NCBI GenBank assembly: GCA_963575745.1
Contig: CAUYUJ010000073.1
Coordinates: 1 to 64,000 of the forward strand
Direction of reading: 5' to 3'
From: Prorocentrum cordatum
Lineage: Eukaryota
Length of the DNA stretch: 64,000 nt
The notes beneath the pieces were generated by a model. The model saw nothing but the letters and a program-made list of their open reading frames with translations, ran no database searches and was not told the DNA's origin. The position numbers and the translations under genes are program-made. Positions 14,334-25,600 of this stretch are shown piece by piece (within the stretch, counting starts at the first letter, position 1; each line of letters begins with the position of its first letter).

Positions 14334-15180
14334 AGCAGCGGCGACGACGGCGGCGACGGCGACGGCGGCGACGGCGACGGCAGCGACGGCGACGACCACG
14401 ACGGCGTCGGCGGCGGCGACGGCGACGCTCGGGCGCGGCCCAGCTCTCCGAGCAGCTCGAGCGCGCGGCGGAGCAGGCGGAGGCGTTGCGCTCCGAGGCG
14501 GCGGAGCCGCCACCGCGCCGCCTCGGCCGCGGCCGCCCTGCCGACGAGCGCCGAGCGCAGCCCGACGCCGCCGAACACCACTGTCGCGAGAGGAGGAGGA
14601 GGACGAGGAGAAGGAGGAGGAGGAGGAGGAGGAGCACGAGGAGCACGAGGAGGAGCAGGAAAAGGAGGAGGAGCAGGAGGAGGAGGAGGAGGAATAGGAG
14701 GAGGAGGAGGAGCAGGAGGAGGAGGAGGAGGAGGAGGAAGGAGGAGGAGGGGAGGGGGAGGGGGAGGAGGAGGAGGAGCAGGAGGACGAGGAGGAGGAGG
14801 AGGAGGAGGAGGAGGAGGAGGAAGAGAAAGAGGAGGCCCTCTCTAGCTGAAGTGGGCAGATTTGCTGGCCTCGAGGAGGCTCCTCCCCCCACGAGGAGGT
14901 GGGGGGCCGTCTCCCCTTCTTCGAGGGGGCAGGCTACCACATCGAGGAACCCCCTCCTCCAGGAGGGGTGATGGTGACATGTTGTTCCGAGGCAAAGGAG
15001 GAGAAGGAGGAAGAGAAGGAAAAGGAGAAGGCCACCTCCCCCTCGAAGGCGGTGGCTTCCGGCCTGGAGGAGGCTCGTTTTCCTCCTCCTCTTCCTCCTC
15101 CTCGTCCTCCTCCTCTTCCTCCTCCTCTTCCTCCTCCTCCTCCTCCTCCTCCTCCTCCTCCTCCTCTTCCTCCTCCTCCT
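14165..15180. repeat. Cluster of (GAC)n, (GGA)n and (CCT)n microsatellites
   Basis: (GAC)n ~14165-14425, (GGA)n ~14590-14835, (CCT)n ~15081-15180. Confidence 0.9.
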
Positions 15181-15249
15181 CGTTCTCCTAGTCGGCGTTG
15201 GAGGCCCAGTCGCTTTGAGAACCGACGGAGAGAGGAGTTGCTGAAACTC

Positions 15250-17840
15250 TTTGCAACGACCGCCCCGCAATCGCACGGGCCAGAAAGGGAGCCAGGGGGC
15301 ATGGCAGATGGATGGCGATTGCAGCGCTCTTGTCATGGGCACGGATGAAGCTGGTATCATACAGTTCTCTTGCGGCGAATACCACGGACAGGCTGGAAGA
15401 GATACGCAGTTCAGTACGAGAGTAGGATTTGATTGTACTGACAGGGACTCACCAATGGGCTTGGCCAGAGCCGATGAAGAAGACGAACCACAAATATCAT
15501 ACGGCATTGCAGTTCGGGCAAAGAAGGGAAAATGGATCAACAAACCATGTGCTACGACGCTCCTGGTTTCCAACGAGATGATGACAGGCAGGGCATTCCA
15601 CACGCAGTACCCGCCTCCTGCCCAACTGCAAGGTAGAACGGCAGGAATCAGTTTGAGAACAAGAGCTTACGACGTTGCAATATTTGCTGCTTGTTTACCG
15701 CCAGACAAGGGTACACGAACAATGGGATGATCTCAGATAATATGAGTTGGGTCGAGGAGACATGCGGCGACTCACGAGGCAGATATACGATCATTGTGGG
15801 AGGGAGCATGAACAGCCAGTTGAGATTGCTCACGTCAGACAGCAGGGATTCGGTGGTCAGCAGGCACAGTTCGAGCAAACATGCAGCAGCATTGGGGCCA
15901 GTGGCCAAGGAAGTGGACAACGACAATGGCGCAGGATTCGGTGAATTTTGCGCACACAGCTTACTGTCGGTGGGCACGACTTCCATTTACGGTGGGCCCA
16001 CCCACTAATGCGTTAAAAACGAGAATGTGACGTCGAGCAAAATAGGCCACATTGCAATTCCGACAGGGGCATTACCCCATGTGCGAAGGCGCGCAGCATT
16101 GAGAGGAGTGGTAAAGCAACTGCAGAAGATCAAAGCGAGAGGACACAGAGACCATATCCCTCTGGGCTTGGATATCGGACTGGAGCACCAATTTCCTTGT
16201 TCGGGCAAGCACAAGCAGCAAAGAGCAGACAAACAGGTGGACCCCAACATGCTGATGGATTGCCTGAGAAAAGGTCGACTGAGAGCGGAATTATTGCGCT
16301 CGTTCGACCGCCACTTGCAGGCCGCCCAGCCTCGGCAGCCAGGAGGAGCATCAGCGAGGTTCTCTCGGAGCGCGGCCCGGGCTGTGCCTTCAGGCGAGGC
16401 ATTAGCGAGGCTTTCTCGGAGAGCAACACAGGAGGGCTCCCCCGACCCCCCAGGAGAAGCATTAGCGAGGTTTTCGCGGAGCGCAACTCATGGGGAGCCC
16501 CCGGCAGAAGAAGTTTGGAGAGAGCCGCGCTAGCGCCCTACAGCAGATCAGAGGTGGAAGAGGTGGAGAGAGGCGGGCAGGAACGCCATGAAAGAGGTGT
16601 TCCCGACCAAGAAGAAGCAGGACGATAAGGGGGTGGCCGCATTCCAATTACTACGGCGCCCCCTACTGGCTGAAAAGACGAAGCTAAGAGTGGACATGGT
16701 AGACGCTGACACGCACGAGAGATTAGAGGAGATCAAGCAGGAGCTGGCGTAGATACAGATTGAGCCCCGTAAACGCAGGGCGGAGTTGGAAAAGGCATGG
16801 GAAGAAACACCACAAACTAACAAACAAACAAAAAATGGCAGATGAAAGATGGCGAGCATACGAGAACAACAGTTTCAGCTAGATGCACAGGCTCAGAGCG
16901 GAATATCATAGGAATGGGAGAGGACCAAAACAAATCAGCGCGGACTTGGTGGAGTTGCACAGAGGAGTGGCTTGCAGAGCTGGACAAACACCCCCACGCA
17001 GGGGGAGCGACAGCCGCGCCGATGGACCTGGAAGAGCATGAGAAGGAGCACGACGAGATGATTGCAGAGAAAATGCCGCCACCATTGGATATGGAGTTGA
17101 AAGCCCAAGTGGAGAGGGGCAAGAGAGAGATGATAAAATATTGCAGGGAAGCGGCAAAAGGGCGACCCCTTCCCGTGGAGAGCACCAGTAGAACTAACAT
17201 GGATGATACTAGAACCCACGGTCAAACTGGAGGACCCCGGGCAGCTGAGCAAGAAGCTGGAGGGGCAAAAAGCACGAGCGGCGGAGAAGCGCGATGACGA
17301 GGAAGACCTGGACAAGCACAGCACGCTTTACAAATACAGAGTGGGAAGGTCTACACTACAGCAGATGGGTTGGACATCAGGAATAGCGCTTCACAAAGGT
17401 ATCCATTGCAGAGGAAAAGCACCGAAGTACCCATGCTGGGCACAGGGGGGGGGGCTTGGAAACAGATCCAGGGAGAATGCGATTACTTGCGTCGAAGCTA
17501 CATAGTGGAGAGCAATACACGCAAGAACGAGCACCATCACAAGCAACCAGGATTGCACGAATGCATTCGCAAGTACGGAACGCAACCTCCTAGCGGCATC
17601 TGTCTTCGCCACGTCAAAAAAAATGAATTGACCATTTTGCGGCCGAGGCACTGAGGTGCACCTCTATGAGTATGGAACGCGCAAACAATTGGATGCACGC
17701 AAGGACTACGAGAGGAGCGCGAAACGGGATTTACCTGGTGCCCAAGACAGTTCAACGACACTTACAACCTGCACGTGGGGCAATGGCGCCAGAATGAATG
17801 AGGGCGGGACGAGATGCAGACATTGCATGATACAGTAGAC
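15250..17840 (+). mobile_element. Degenerate non-LTR retrotransposon (LINE) remnant: APE endonuclease plus linker
   Basis: Joining + frames across stops and frameshifts gives APE-like motifs in the expected order: LQGRTAGISLR..AIFAACLPP, IIVGGSMN (GDxN-like), LGPVAKEVDNDNG, GGPTH..SKIGHIAIP (PT..IDY-like), RDHIPL (SDH-like). A helical K/E/R-rich linker follows. No intact RT core was seen. Confidence 0.65.
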
Positions 17841-18574
17841 CCCGCCAATGAGCAGGAGCACGACCTCCCGCCCTATACACGCTCATGGACGACATCACCA
17901 AGACCCACGCGGTGGTCTCGTCGGGCCCGATCCCTCTTGCACCTGGAGTTAGCGAGGTAATGTCGGATCACCAGGTGGGGCCTGGCGAAAGCGAGGGTCT
18001 CTCGGTTAGCGAGGTCTTCTCGGCCCTAGGCGGAAGCGAGGTTATCTCGGTTCGGCCAGGAGCCCACGCGACAAGAATCGCAGGGCATATCGACGCCGCC
18101 ATTCAGCGCATGGAGGGCAAGCTGGGAAAAGGCGGATGGAGCCTGAATCCGGCCAACACCAACCACCCGGTGGCTCTGCGAGGACCAGACTGAGATGGGA
18201 CCACAAGGCAGCTGCAGAGAGAGAAGAGCATCGAGGGCACGCCGATGATGGGAGATGAGAGCATTGGGGCCGCACCTACCAGGAGGTCAAGGACAGGGAG
18301 GGGGAGGGCGAGGGGGACGGGGGGGGAAGGGGGAGGGGGGAGGGGGGAGGGGCAAGCTAAGTGCGCTCGCGTCATATCTGCATCCTACCCCTCCCTTCCA
18401 TCCCTTACCATGGCGCGGATCCCCTCTCTACTCGCTCAGTCGGATGTCGAGCAGGGCAATGATCCCGAAAGGGTACGCGATGCAGCACGGCATGGCATGG
18501 CGTAGAAGAGCACCGCGAAGCGTAGTATCAACCTAGCATTGCATTGCATGCCGTGGCATGGCGCGGGAAATGGC

Positions 18575-19130
18575 GCCAGCGCTGCAGCGGGAGCACGAGT
18601 CGAAACAAGCGGAAGCGCGGAAATGAGGCCAGCGCTGCAGCGGGAGCACGAGATTCGGAAGGAGCGGAAGCACGCCGGAATCGGCCCAGGAGGCTTCCCG
18701 GGCGCCAAAAGCAGAAATTCAGCACTTTCAAAAGAAAAATGTGTATTGGAATGGCCTTTTTTCGGCGCCGCCTCGGAACTCGATTTTCCGGCGCCGGCCG
18801 GAACCGGCTCCGGACCCGGCCCGGGCGCCAGCGCGGGCGCCGGCTCGGGCGTCCAGCCCAGGCGCTGGCTCGGGCGCCGGCCCGGGAGTCAGAATCGGCC
18901 CGGGAAGCCTCCCTCCTGGGCGCCAGAAGCAGAAATTCAGCATTTTCAAAAGAAAAATGTGTGTTGGAATGGCCTTTTTTCGGCGCCGCCTCGGAACTTG
19001 ATTTTCCAGCGCCGGCCGGAACCGGCTCCGGACCCGGCCCGATCAAGCGCCGGCCCGGGCGCCAGCTCGGGCGTGCAGCCCAGGCGCCGGCGGAAATGAG
19101 GCCAGCGCTGCAGCGGGGGCACGATTCGGA
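18575..19130. repeat. Nested direct repeats (~217-bp period plus GCCAGCGCTGCAGCGGG motifs)
   Basis: GCAGAAATTCAGCA(C/T)TTTCAAAAGAAAAATGTGT(A/G)TTGGAATGGCCTTTTTTCGGCGCCGCCTCGGAACT...CCGGAACCGGCTCCGGACCCGGCCC at ~18711 and ~18929. Confidence 0.88.
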
Positions 19131-19311
19131 ACGAGCAGGGCCCGAAAATGAGGCCGGCGCCTCAGCGAGAGCAGCAGTTTGGAAAAAACGCAAGCGAAAA
19201 CCCAACTAAGGGGGAAACCTGTGTGTAAAAAAACAGTACGCGGAACGGGTCGAATACTCCCAAACCGTCATCAGGGGAAGAGGGAGAGTAGTATTCATAT
19301 TGAGTAATTGT

Positions 19312-19481
19312 GGAGGAGGAGGAGGAGGAGGAGGAGGAGGAGGAGGAGGAGGAGGAGGAGGAGGGAGGAGGAGGAGGAGGAGGAGATGGACGAGGACGAG
19401 ACGAGGACGAGGACGAGGAGGAGGGGGGAGGAGGAGGAGGAGGAGGAGGGAGGAGGAGGAGGAGAGGAGGAGGAGGGGGAG

Positions 19482-19520
<39 letters not shown>

Positions 19521-19830
19521 ACGAGGACGAGGAGGACGAGGAGGAGGAGGAGGAGGAGGAGGAGGAGGAGGAGGAGGGAGGAGGAAGGAGGAGGAAGGAG
19601 GAAGGAGGAGGAAGGAGGAAGAAGGAGGAGGAAGGAGGAGGAAGGAGGAGGAAGGAGGAAGAAGGAGGAGGCGGAGGAGGCGGAGGCGGCGGAGGAGGCG
19701 GAGGAGACGGAGGAGGCGGAGGAGGCGGAGGAGGCGGAGGAGGCGGAGGAGGCGGAACAGACGGAAGAGGCGAAAGAGGCGGAGGAAGAGGAGGAGGAGG
19801 AGGAGGAGGAGGAGGAGGAGGAGGAGGAGG
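19312..19830. repeat. (GGA)n microsatellite with GACGAG, GGAA and GGCGGA variants
   Basis: Directly visible. Confidence 0.96.
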
Positions 19831-20010
19831 AGATTTCAGGGATTTCGGCCTCTTGCGGGTGCAAGTCTGGGGCCCGACCTCGGCGCTGTGCCCCTCCCCC
19901 AGGTATGCCCCCATTCTCAAGGGGCTCCCATGCAGGGTATGGGGCGGCCGTGCTCGGGCGCCACCCTCAGCTGGTCGTGCACACGCCGTACTCCCGCGTC
20001 CACGCCAGCA

Positions 20011-21642
20011 TCACCCGCCAGGGCCGTATATCCACTCCTCGAGTGTCGGCTGTGCCCTGACGACTCTGGTCTTCGCTCCCACGTCGGCGTAGCTAGCTAG
20101 GTAGGAATTGGGCTCCAGCTTCGCCTTTCGCCCGAACCGCTTGGCCAGCCACTTCTCGTGGTGCGAAGCCGCTCTGCTCTGCTCCCTCGCGCTGCAGGTG
20201 ACGGTCTCTGCACCGCTTTCTATGCTGTAGCTGATGTCGTTGGTATTATTTCTCGCCTTCGTATTCCGCTGCAGCTTCTCGCAAGCGCTGTTCCCAGCGC
20301 TGTAGTTGATGATGTCGGGCTTTATCGTTTTGTCTCCGTCCGCCAGCCACACCTTGGCGATTTCAGCACGGGGTTTCCACATAGCCATGCTAGTGCCGCG
20401 CTGATTTCCGAATTGTAGCTGATCACGTGGGGGCTCCGTTACACCGCCCGCTTCTTCTCGCACCTGCCACCGCCCGTCTTTCTCGCGCGCACAGCCACTG
20501 CCGTCCCCGAGCTGCCACTGCCCGTCCTTCTCGCACGAACTGGTTGCATCCGCTGCCGGCTGCCACTGCCCGCCCTTCTCGCGAGCACCGCCACTGCCGT
20601 CCCAGAGCTGCCACTGCCCGTCCTTTTCGCACAAACTGGTTGCGTCCGCTGTAGGCTTCCACTGCCCGCCCTTCTCGCACGCCCCGACAGCCTCTCGTAG
20701 CATCCTCTGCCCTGCCTTCTCGCACGAACTGGTTGCATCCGCTGTAGGCCGCCACTGCCAGCCCTTCTCGCACGCACCGACAGCCTCTCGTAGAAGCCAC
20801 TGTCCGCCCTTCTCGCACGAACTGGTTGCATCCGCTGTAGGCTGCCACTGCCAGCCCTCCTCGCACGTACCGACAGCCTCTCGTAGCCGCCACTGCCCGT
20901 CCTTCTCGCACGTACTGGTTGCATCTGCTGTAAGCTGCCACTGCCTTCCCTTCTCGCAAGCACCGACAGCCTCTCGTAGCAGCCATTGCTCGCCCTTCTC
21001 GCCCGAGCTGGTCACTCTTTCTTGACGCTGCCACTGTCCGTCCTTCTCTACTTTCGCCTCTCCCGTCTTCTCGCCATTCCTGTTTTCTGGTCCATCCGTG
21101 GCGACGAGGGGGAACGAGGTAGAGTGTTTCAGGGTGTAGATAGCGCAGATGTTCCCGAGTTGTGGCTGATCACGTGTGTGCCCCGCTTCGCCGCCTTCTT
21201 CTCGCACCTGCCACTGCCCGTCGTTCACACGTGTACAGCCAGCGCCTTCCTGCAGCTGCCACTGCCCGTCTTTCTCACACGAGCTGGTTGTTTCCACTGC
21301 AGGCAGCCACTGCCCGTCCTTCTCGCACGAACTGGTCGCCCTCTCGTGACGCTGCCCCTGTCCAGCTGTGGCGACTAGCGGGCTCACGTCGGGCTCTATC
21401 CACTCTGGCGGCCTCCACTGCCCGTCCTCCGTATGTACCTCCCACGGCGACCCCCACCAGGGTGGAGTGATGGTGTAGAGGTCCCAGACAGCTTGCCTGC
21501 AGGTGGCGAGTTTCAGCCTGCGGTCGGCGCGCCGCCGGCTGCGGCTGGGCTTGGGGGGCCTCCCTTCGTCGCTGCCGCCTCCGCGAAGCACGTCGCGAGG
21601 GGGAAAGACGCAGGGCCCACTCCACTGCTCGGCCTGCAGCAT
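20011..21642 (-). CDS. Open ORF (~543 aa from ATG 21642) made of degenerate PPR-derived motifs; probable pseudogene or TE-borne fragment
   Basis: Contains KPDIINYSAGNSACEK, NDISYS, KAKLEPNSY and many (S/A)CEKxGQWQ motifs, resembling the dinoflagellate PPR motif (..EPDVISYSAGISACEKGxQWQ..) as recalled. The canonical 35-aa period is lost. Confidence 0.5.
   Translation of the reverse strand: MLQAEQWSGPCVFPPRDVLRGGGSDEGRPPKPSRSRRRADRRLKLATCRQAVWDLYTITPPWWGSPWEVHTEDGQWRPPEWIEPDVSPLVATAGQGQRHERATSSCEKDGQWLPAVETTSSCEKDGQWQLQEGAGCTRVNDGQWQVREEGGEAGHTRDQPQLGNICAIYTLKHSTSFPLVATDGPENRNGEKTGEAKVEKDGQWQRQERVTSSGEKGEQWLLREAVGACEKGRQWQLTADATSTCEKDGQWRLREAVGTCEEGWQWQPTADATSSCEKGGQWLLREAVGACEKGWQWRPTADATSSCEKAGQRMLREAVGACEKGGQWKPTADATSLCEKDGQWQLWDGSGGAREKGGQWQPAADATSSCEKDGQWQLGDGSGCAREKDGRWQVREEAGGVTEPPRDQLQFGNQRGTSMAMWKPRAEIAKVWLADGDKTIKPDIINYSAGNSACEKLQRNTKARNNTNDISYSIESGAETVTCSAREQSRAASHHEKWLAKRFGRKAKLEPNSYLASYADVGAKTRVVRAQPTLEEWIYGPGG
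20455..21050. repeat. 93-bp coding minisatellite (about 6 units, each with two CEKxGQW halves)
   Basis: The ACTGGTTGC anchor recurs at ~20538, 20634, 20727, 20820, 20913 and 21006 (spacings 96, 93, 93, 93, 93). Confidence 0.9.
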
Positions 21643-21742
21643 GCGGTGCAACCTCAGGCTCTTCGCGCCTTTGCCTGGCGCTGGGGGCTTTCCTCCATTG
21701 CGGGCCGCCGCGCGGCGCGCGGGCCGCGCCGAGGAGCCGCCT

Positions 21743-21882
21743 AGGAGGAGGAGGAGGAGGAGGAGGAGGAGGAGGAGGAGGAGGAGGAGGAGGAGGAGGA
21801 GGAGGAGGAGGAGGAGGAGGAGGAGGAGACGGAGGAGGAGGAGGAGGAGGAGGAGGAGGAGGAGGAAGAAGAGGGGGAGCAG

Positions 21883-21950
<68 letters not shown>

Positions 21951-22003
21951 ACACGAGCACGAGCACGAGCACGAGCACGAACACGAGCACGAGCACGAGC
22001 AAA

Positions 22004-22039
<36 letters not shown>

Positions 22040-22457
22040 CACGAGCACGAGCACGAGCACGAGCAGCACGAGCACGAGCAGAGGAGGAGGAGGAGGAGGA
22101 GGAGGAGGAGGAAGAGGAAGAGGAAGAGGAGGAGGAGGAGGAGGAGGAGGAGGAGGAGGAGGAGGAGGAGGAGGAGGAGGAGGGGCGGGGGGGACGGGGA
22201 CGGGGACGGGGACGGGGACGGGGACGGAGGAGAGGAGGAGGAGGAGGAGGAGGGAGGAGAATGAGGAGGAGGAGGAGGAGGAGGAGGAGGAGGGAGGAGG
22301 AGGAGGAGGAGGAGGGAGGAGGAGGAGGAGGAGGCGGAGGCGGAGGCGGAGGAGGAGGAGGAGGAGGAGGAGGAGGAGGCGGAGGCGGAGAGGAGGAGGA
22401 GGGGGAGGGGGAGGGGGGGGGGGGGGACGGGGACGGGGAGGGGGACGGGGAGGGGGA

Positions 22458-22489
<32 letters not shown>

Positions 22490-22542
22490 GAGGAGGAGGA
22501 GGAGGAGGAGGAGGAGGAGGAGGAGGAGGAGGAGGAGGAGGA
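21743..22542. repeat. (GGA)n tract with embedded (CACGAG)n and (GGGGAC)n hexamer arrays
   Basis: Directly visible; reads (CCT)n on the LINE sense strand immediately after the LINE 3' UTR. Confidence 0.96.
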
Positions 22543-22607
22543 ATAGGCGGAATGGGCGGTGAGGCGGGTCAGCAGCGGCAGGCGCACGCATCCCGAGGAG
22601 AAGATGT

Positions 22608-25600
22608 CTAGGCATGGGGAGGAGCAGCAGCAGTAGCGGGAGCAGGCACGGGGGGTCCCAGGTCGACCTCGAACCTGCGGACCTCCTCCGTGCTGGGCTC
22701 TCTCGGATCTGCATAGTGCTCACTCTCCCTGGGATGCATGCCCTGTCGCAGACGGTCCCTACGGGTCTTAGCATTCTTATATGCAGGTGAGAGTTTACAG
22801 ATCCCGGCCAAGCCCCGCAGCGTGAGCGACGAGAAACTCCCGCAGTTATAACAGAAAACAAACGGGCCCGTCGTCCAGAGCGCATGGCCTCGGAACAGGT
22901 TCCGATTGTCAGTGGCGGAAGGGGGAGGTGGGAGGAGGAGGAGGAGGAGGGGGGACCTGGCCCCCCGGCCTCCTGCACACCGTGCGGCCCAGGCACTCCT
23001 GGAAACGGAATACGGCGCGTTCCTTCCTCGCGGTGGTTTTGCGTCCGCATCTGAGGCAGGTGACTGCAGGCCCCGAGAAGCTGACCGGGTGGGGCCTCTG
23101 CAGGGCAACACGGGGCCTTCTGGGGGCCAACACTCCTCCTCCTCTCCCTCTCCTCCCGGCAGGGGGGGGGTCCTGGATGTCCTCCTCCCGATCCGTCGGA
23201 GAAGGCGAAGCCACTGTACAGGCCTGGCTCTCCTGTTCGGGTTTGAATTCGCTCAATCTGAAAATCAGAGGTGGGATCCGCCACAGGGTGGTCTACAATG
23301 CCTCGGGCATTGAGTGGCACTCCCTCAGTGGCCCTGGCGGCCCTGTGGATGATCTCGGCGCTGTCGTCGGCAATATCTTTGCGCTGCTGGTCGAGCGCAA
23401 TGCACCTGCGGAACCTGTGCTGCTGGGTGCCAATATCATTGCCGCATGCTCGGCATTCTCGCACGTCTGTCTCTCCACGACGCCATCGAACATCTTGCGC
23501 GCAGAAGGCGGCGCACAGGTAGCTCTCGATTGCGCCTCTTCGCCTAGGGCAAAAACGTTGAGCCTTCTGGCGAAGAAGGGCGCGTACTGGTTCCAGAAAA
23601 GTTCGTGAAACTCCAGGTAGCTCGCGCTTCTCGGCCCACTCCTCAATTGCGACCTGGTCGAGCCTGGCCAGCACGAGCGCCTTGATCGTGGAGGGTGGTA
23701 CGATCCGCATGTTCAGCTGCTCCTGGTGATGCGCCATGATGATGCGCGGTGCTGGCCAGGTCCACCCAAGTCTGTCCGGGGGCCGCAGAGCGCGGCGGCA
23801 GGGCCCCTGACTTGCTTCCAGTCGAACTTGCGGTGGGGGGCCTGCCTAGCTGCTGCTAGGCGTACTGCCCTGCGCCAGCCCGATTCGAGCTTGGCGCAGT
23901 CGGCGCCTGCGTCCCAGACGACAGCGGCCCACTTGCCCATCGGGGTGAGGGCGGCCTGCACAATCGGGTCTGCCGAGCGAAGCCAAAGCCGCATGGCCCT
24001 GTCCTTGCCCATGGGCTCGCCGCTGAGGCCGCTGGACCTGAGGATACGGGCCGCGTTGAGGATCGTGGTGGGGACTCCGAAACTGGCCGAGGCGTAGAAC
24101 ATGCTGGGCAGTAGACCATTCTTGACCACTGCCCTGGTGGTAGCGCCGCCGGCCTTGAGGCTGAGCAGCTTCCTCTTCCTGCCCCATGCCTCGCGGATCC
24201 TCGAGCCAGCCTTCCGTCGTGTTATCGCCCCCCCTCCCCCGTGGTGTCCACTCCGAGCTGCCGGCCCGTGGCATTGGTCTGGTAGCCGAAATAGTTGGCC
24301 ATTGCCTTGCAGGTGTGGCGCAGCTCCTTGTCGGCTGTGATGAAATAACTCTTGCCTGGCTTGGTCCCGCACATGCGCGAGATGGGTATGCCGAGGTTCC
24401 CTTCGATCTGGTTGATGTAGTACTGGGTGCGAGCGTAGATGTTTTCTCGTACTTCTTGGCGTCCTCCATCGCGCTGCATCTGATGGTCGACAACATATAA
24501 AACTTGTCGTACACGTGGCCATCGTAGACGGATCTTGTCACATACTGGAATGATGATCATCTTCAGTGCCCTGGTGCCTCCACAGGAGCCTGCAATAACC
24601 GCCGAGTATGTGACCGTGCAGACCTTGGGCACAATACGCTGGTACATGATCTATCGGGGCCCGTGCACATGGATATGAACAGGTGTAACATCTGGCGCGG
24701 GAAATCAAGATCGGGGCTGGCGCCCCACATGAGGTAGGCGCTGATGTGCTCGAAGGCGCCGAGGTTGGACACCGCGCTGAGGGACACTACATTGTCTGGT
24801 AGGCCTTCCTTTGCTAGGGCCTGGGTCCACATGGCATTCTCTGCTCCTCCACCTCTTGCTGCCCAATCGTAGTCCCGCGCAATTCTAGCTTCCCGTTGGA
24901 TGTAGATGTCCGCATGCAGCCTCTCGGTAATCCGCATGGCGGTGGTCATGAGTCCAATAGGCCGAGTATCAGTGGCATTCTTGTCTAGGAGGAAGGAGAG
25001 GATATGCTGCAGGCTGGTCGGCCAGCGGATGTGTTGGCTGATGCACATGACAAGGTTGCACATGAACTGCGTGCCCTTGTCGGACAGCTCGCTCATCCAT
25101 CTGGGATGTATCTGGTCCGCCCCTACCCCCGTAGACGCCTAGAAGGTCCTGCAGACTCTCTTGAAAGTCTCGGGGATGACGTGGACCAGCGGGCGATCGT
25201 AGGCACAGGTGTCCCATGGGCGGGGTGGTTCGCCACGGCTCGCCTCGTGATGGGACCTCCGCAGGCGATTCCATACTGCATCGTGTTGCTCGGTTCTCGT
25301 CTGCAGGTCTGCCAGGTCGAGGTTGCTGATGCCTGCGTTGACCTGCGCCATGGTAGCGCATGGTGTGGGCGGCGCCTTCGCCCACTTGCTGATGCGGTGA
25401 ATGGACCCTGCTGAGCCCTTGGAGGCCTGCTTGAGGCGCTCTCTCCATTCCTTGCCGCGCTGCGAGGCGATGTGCTGCTCGATATTGTGAGCCCTGGCGT
25501 TGGCGTACTGGTGCATTACACTCATTTCCATCAGCAGGTCCATGTTCTGCGCGATGTTGTTCTCCAACGCCAGGTCTACCACGTGCTGGTACGGGGCTGC

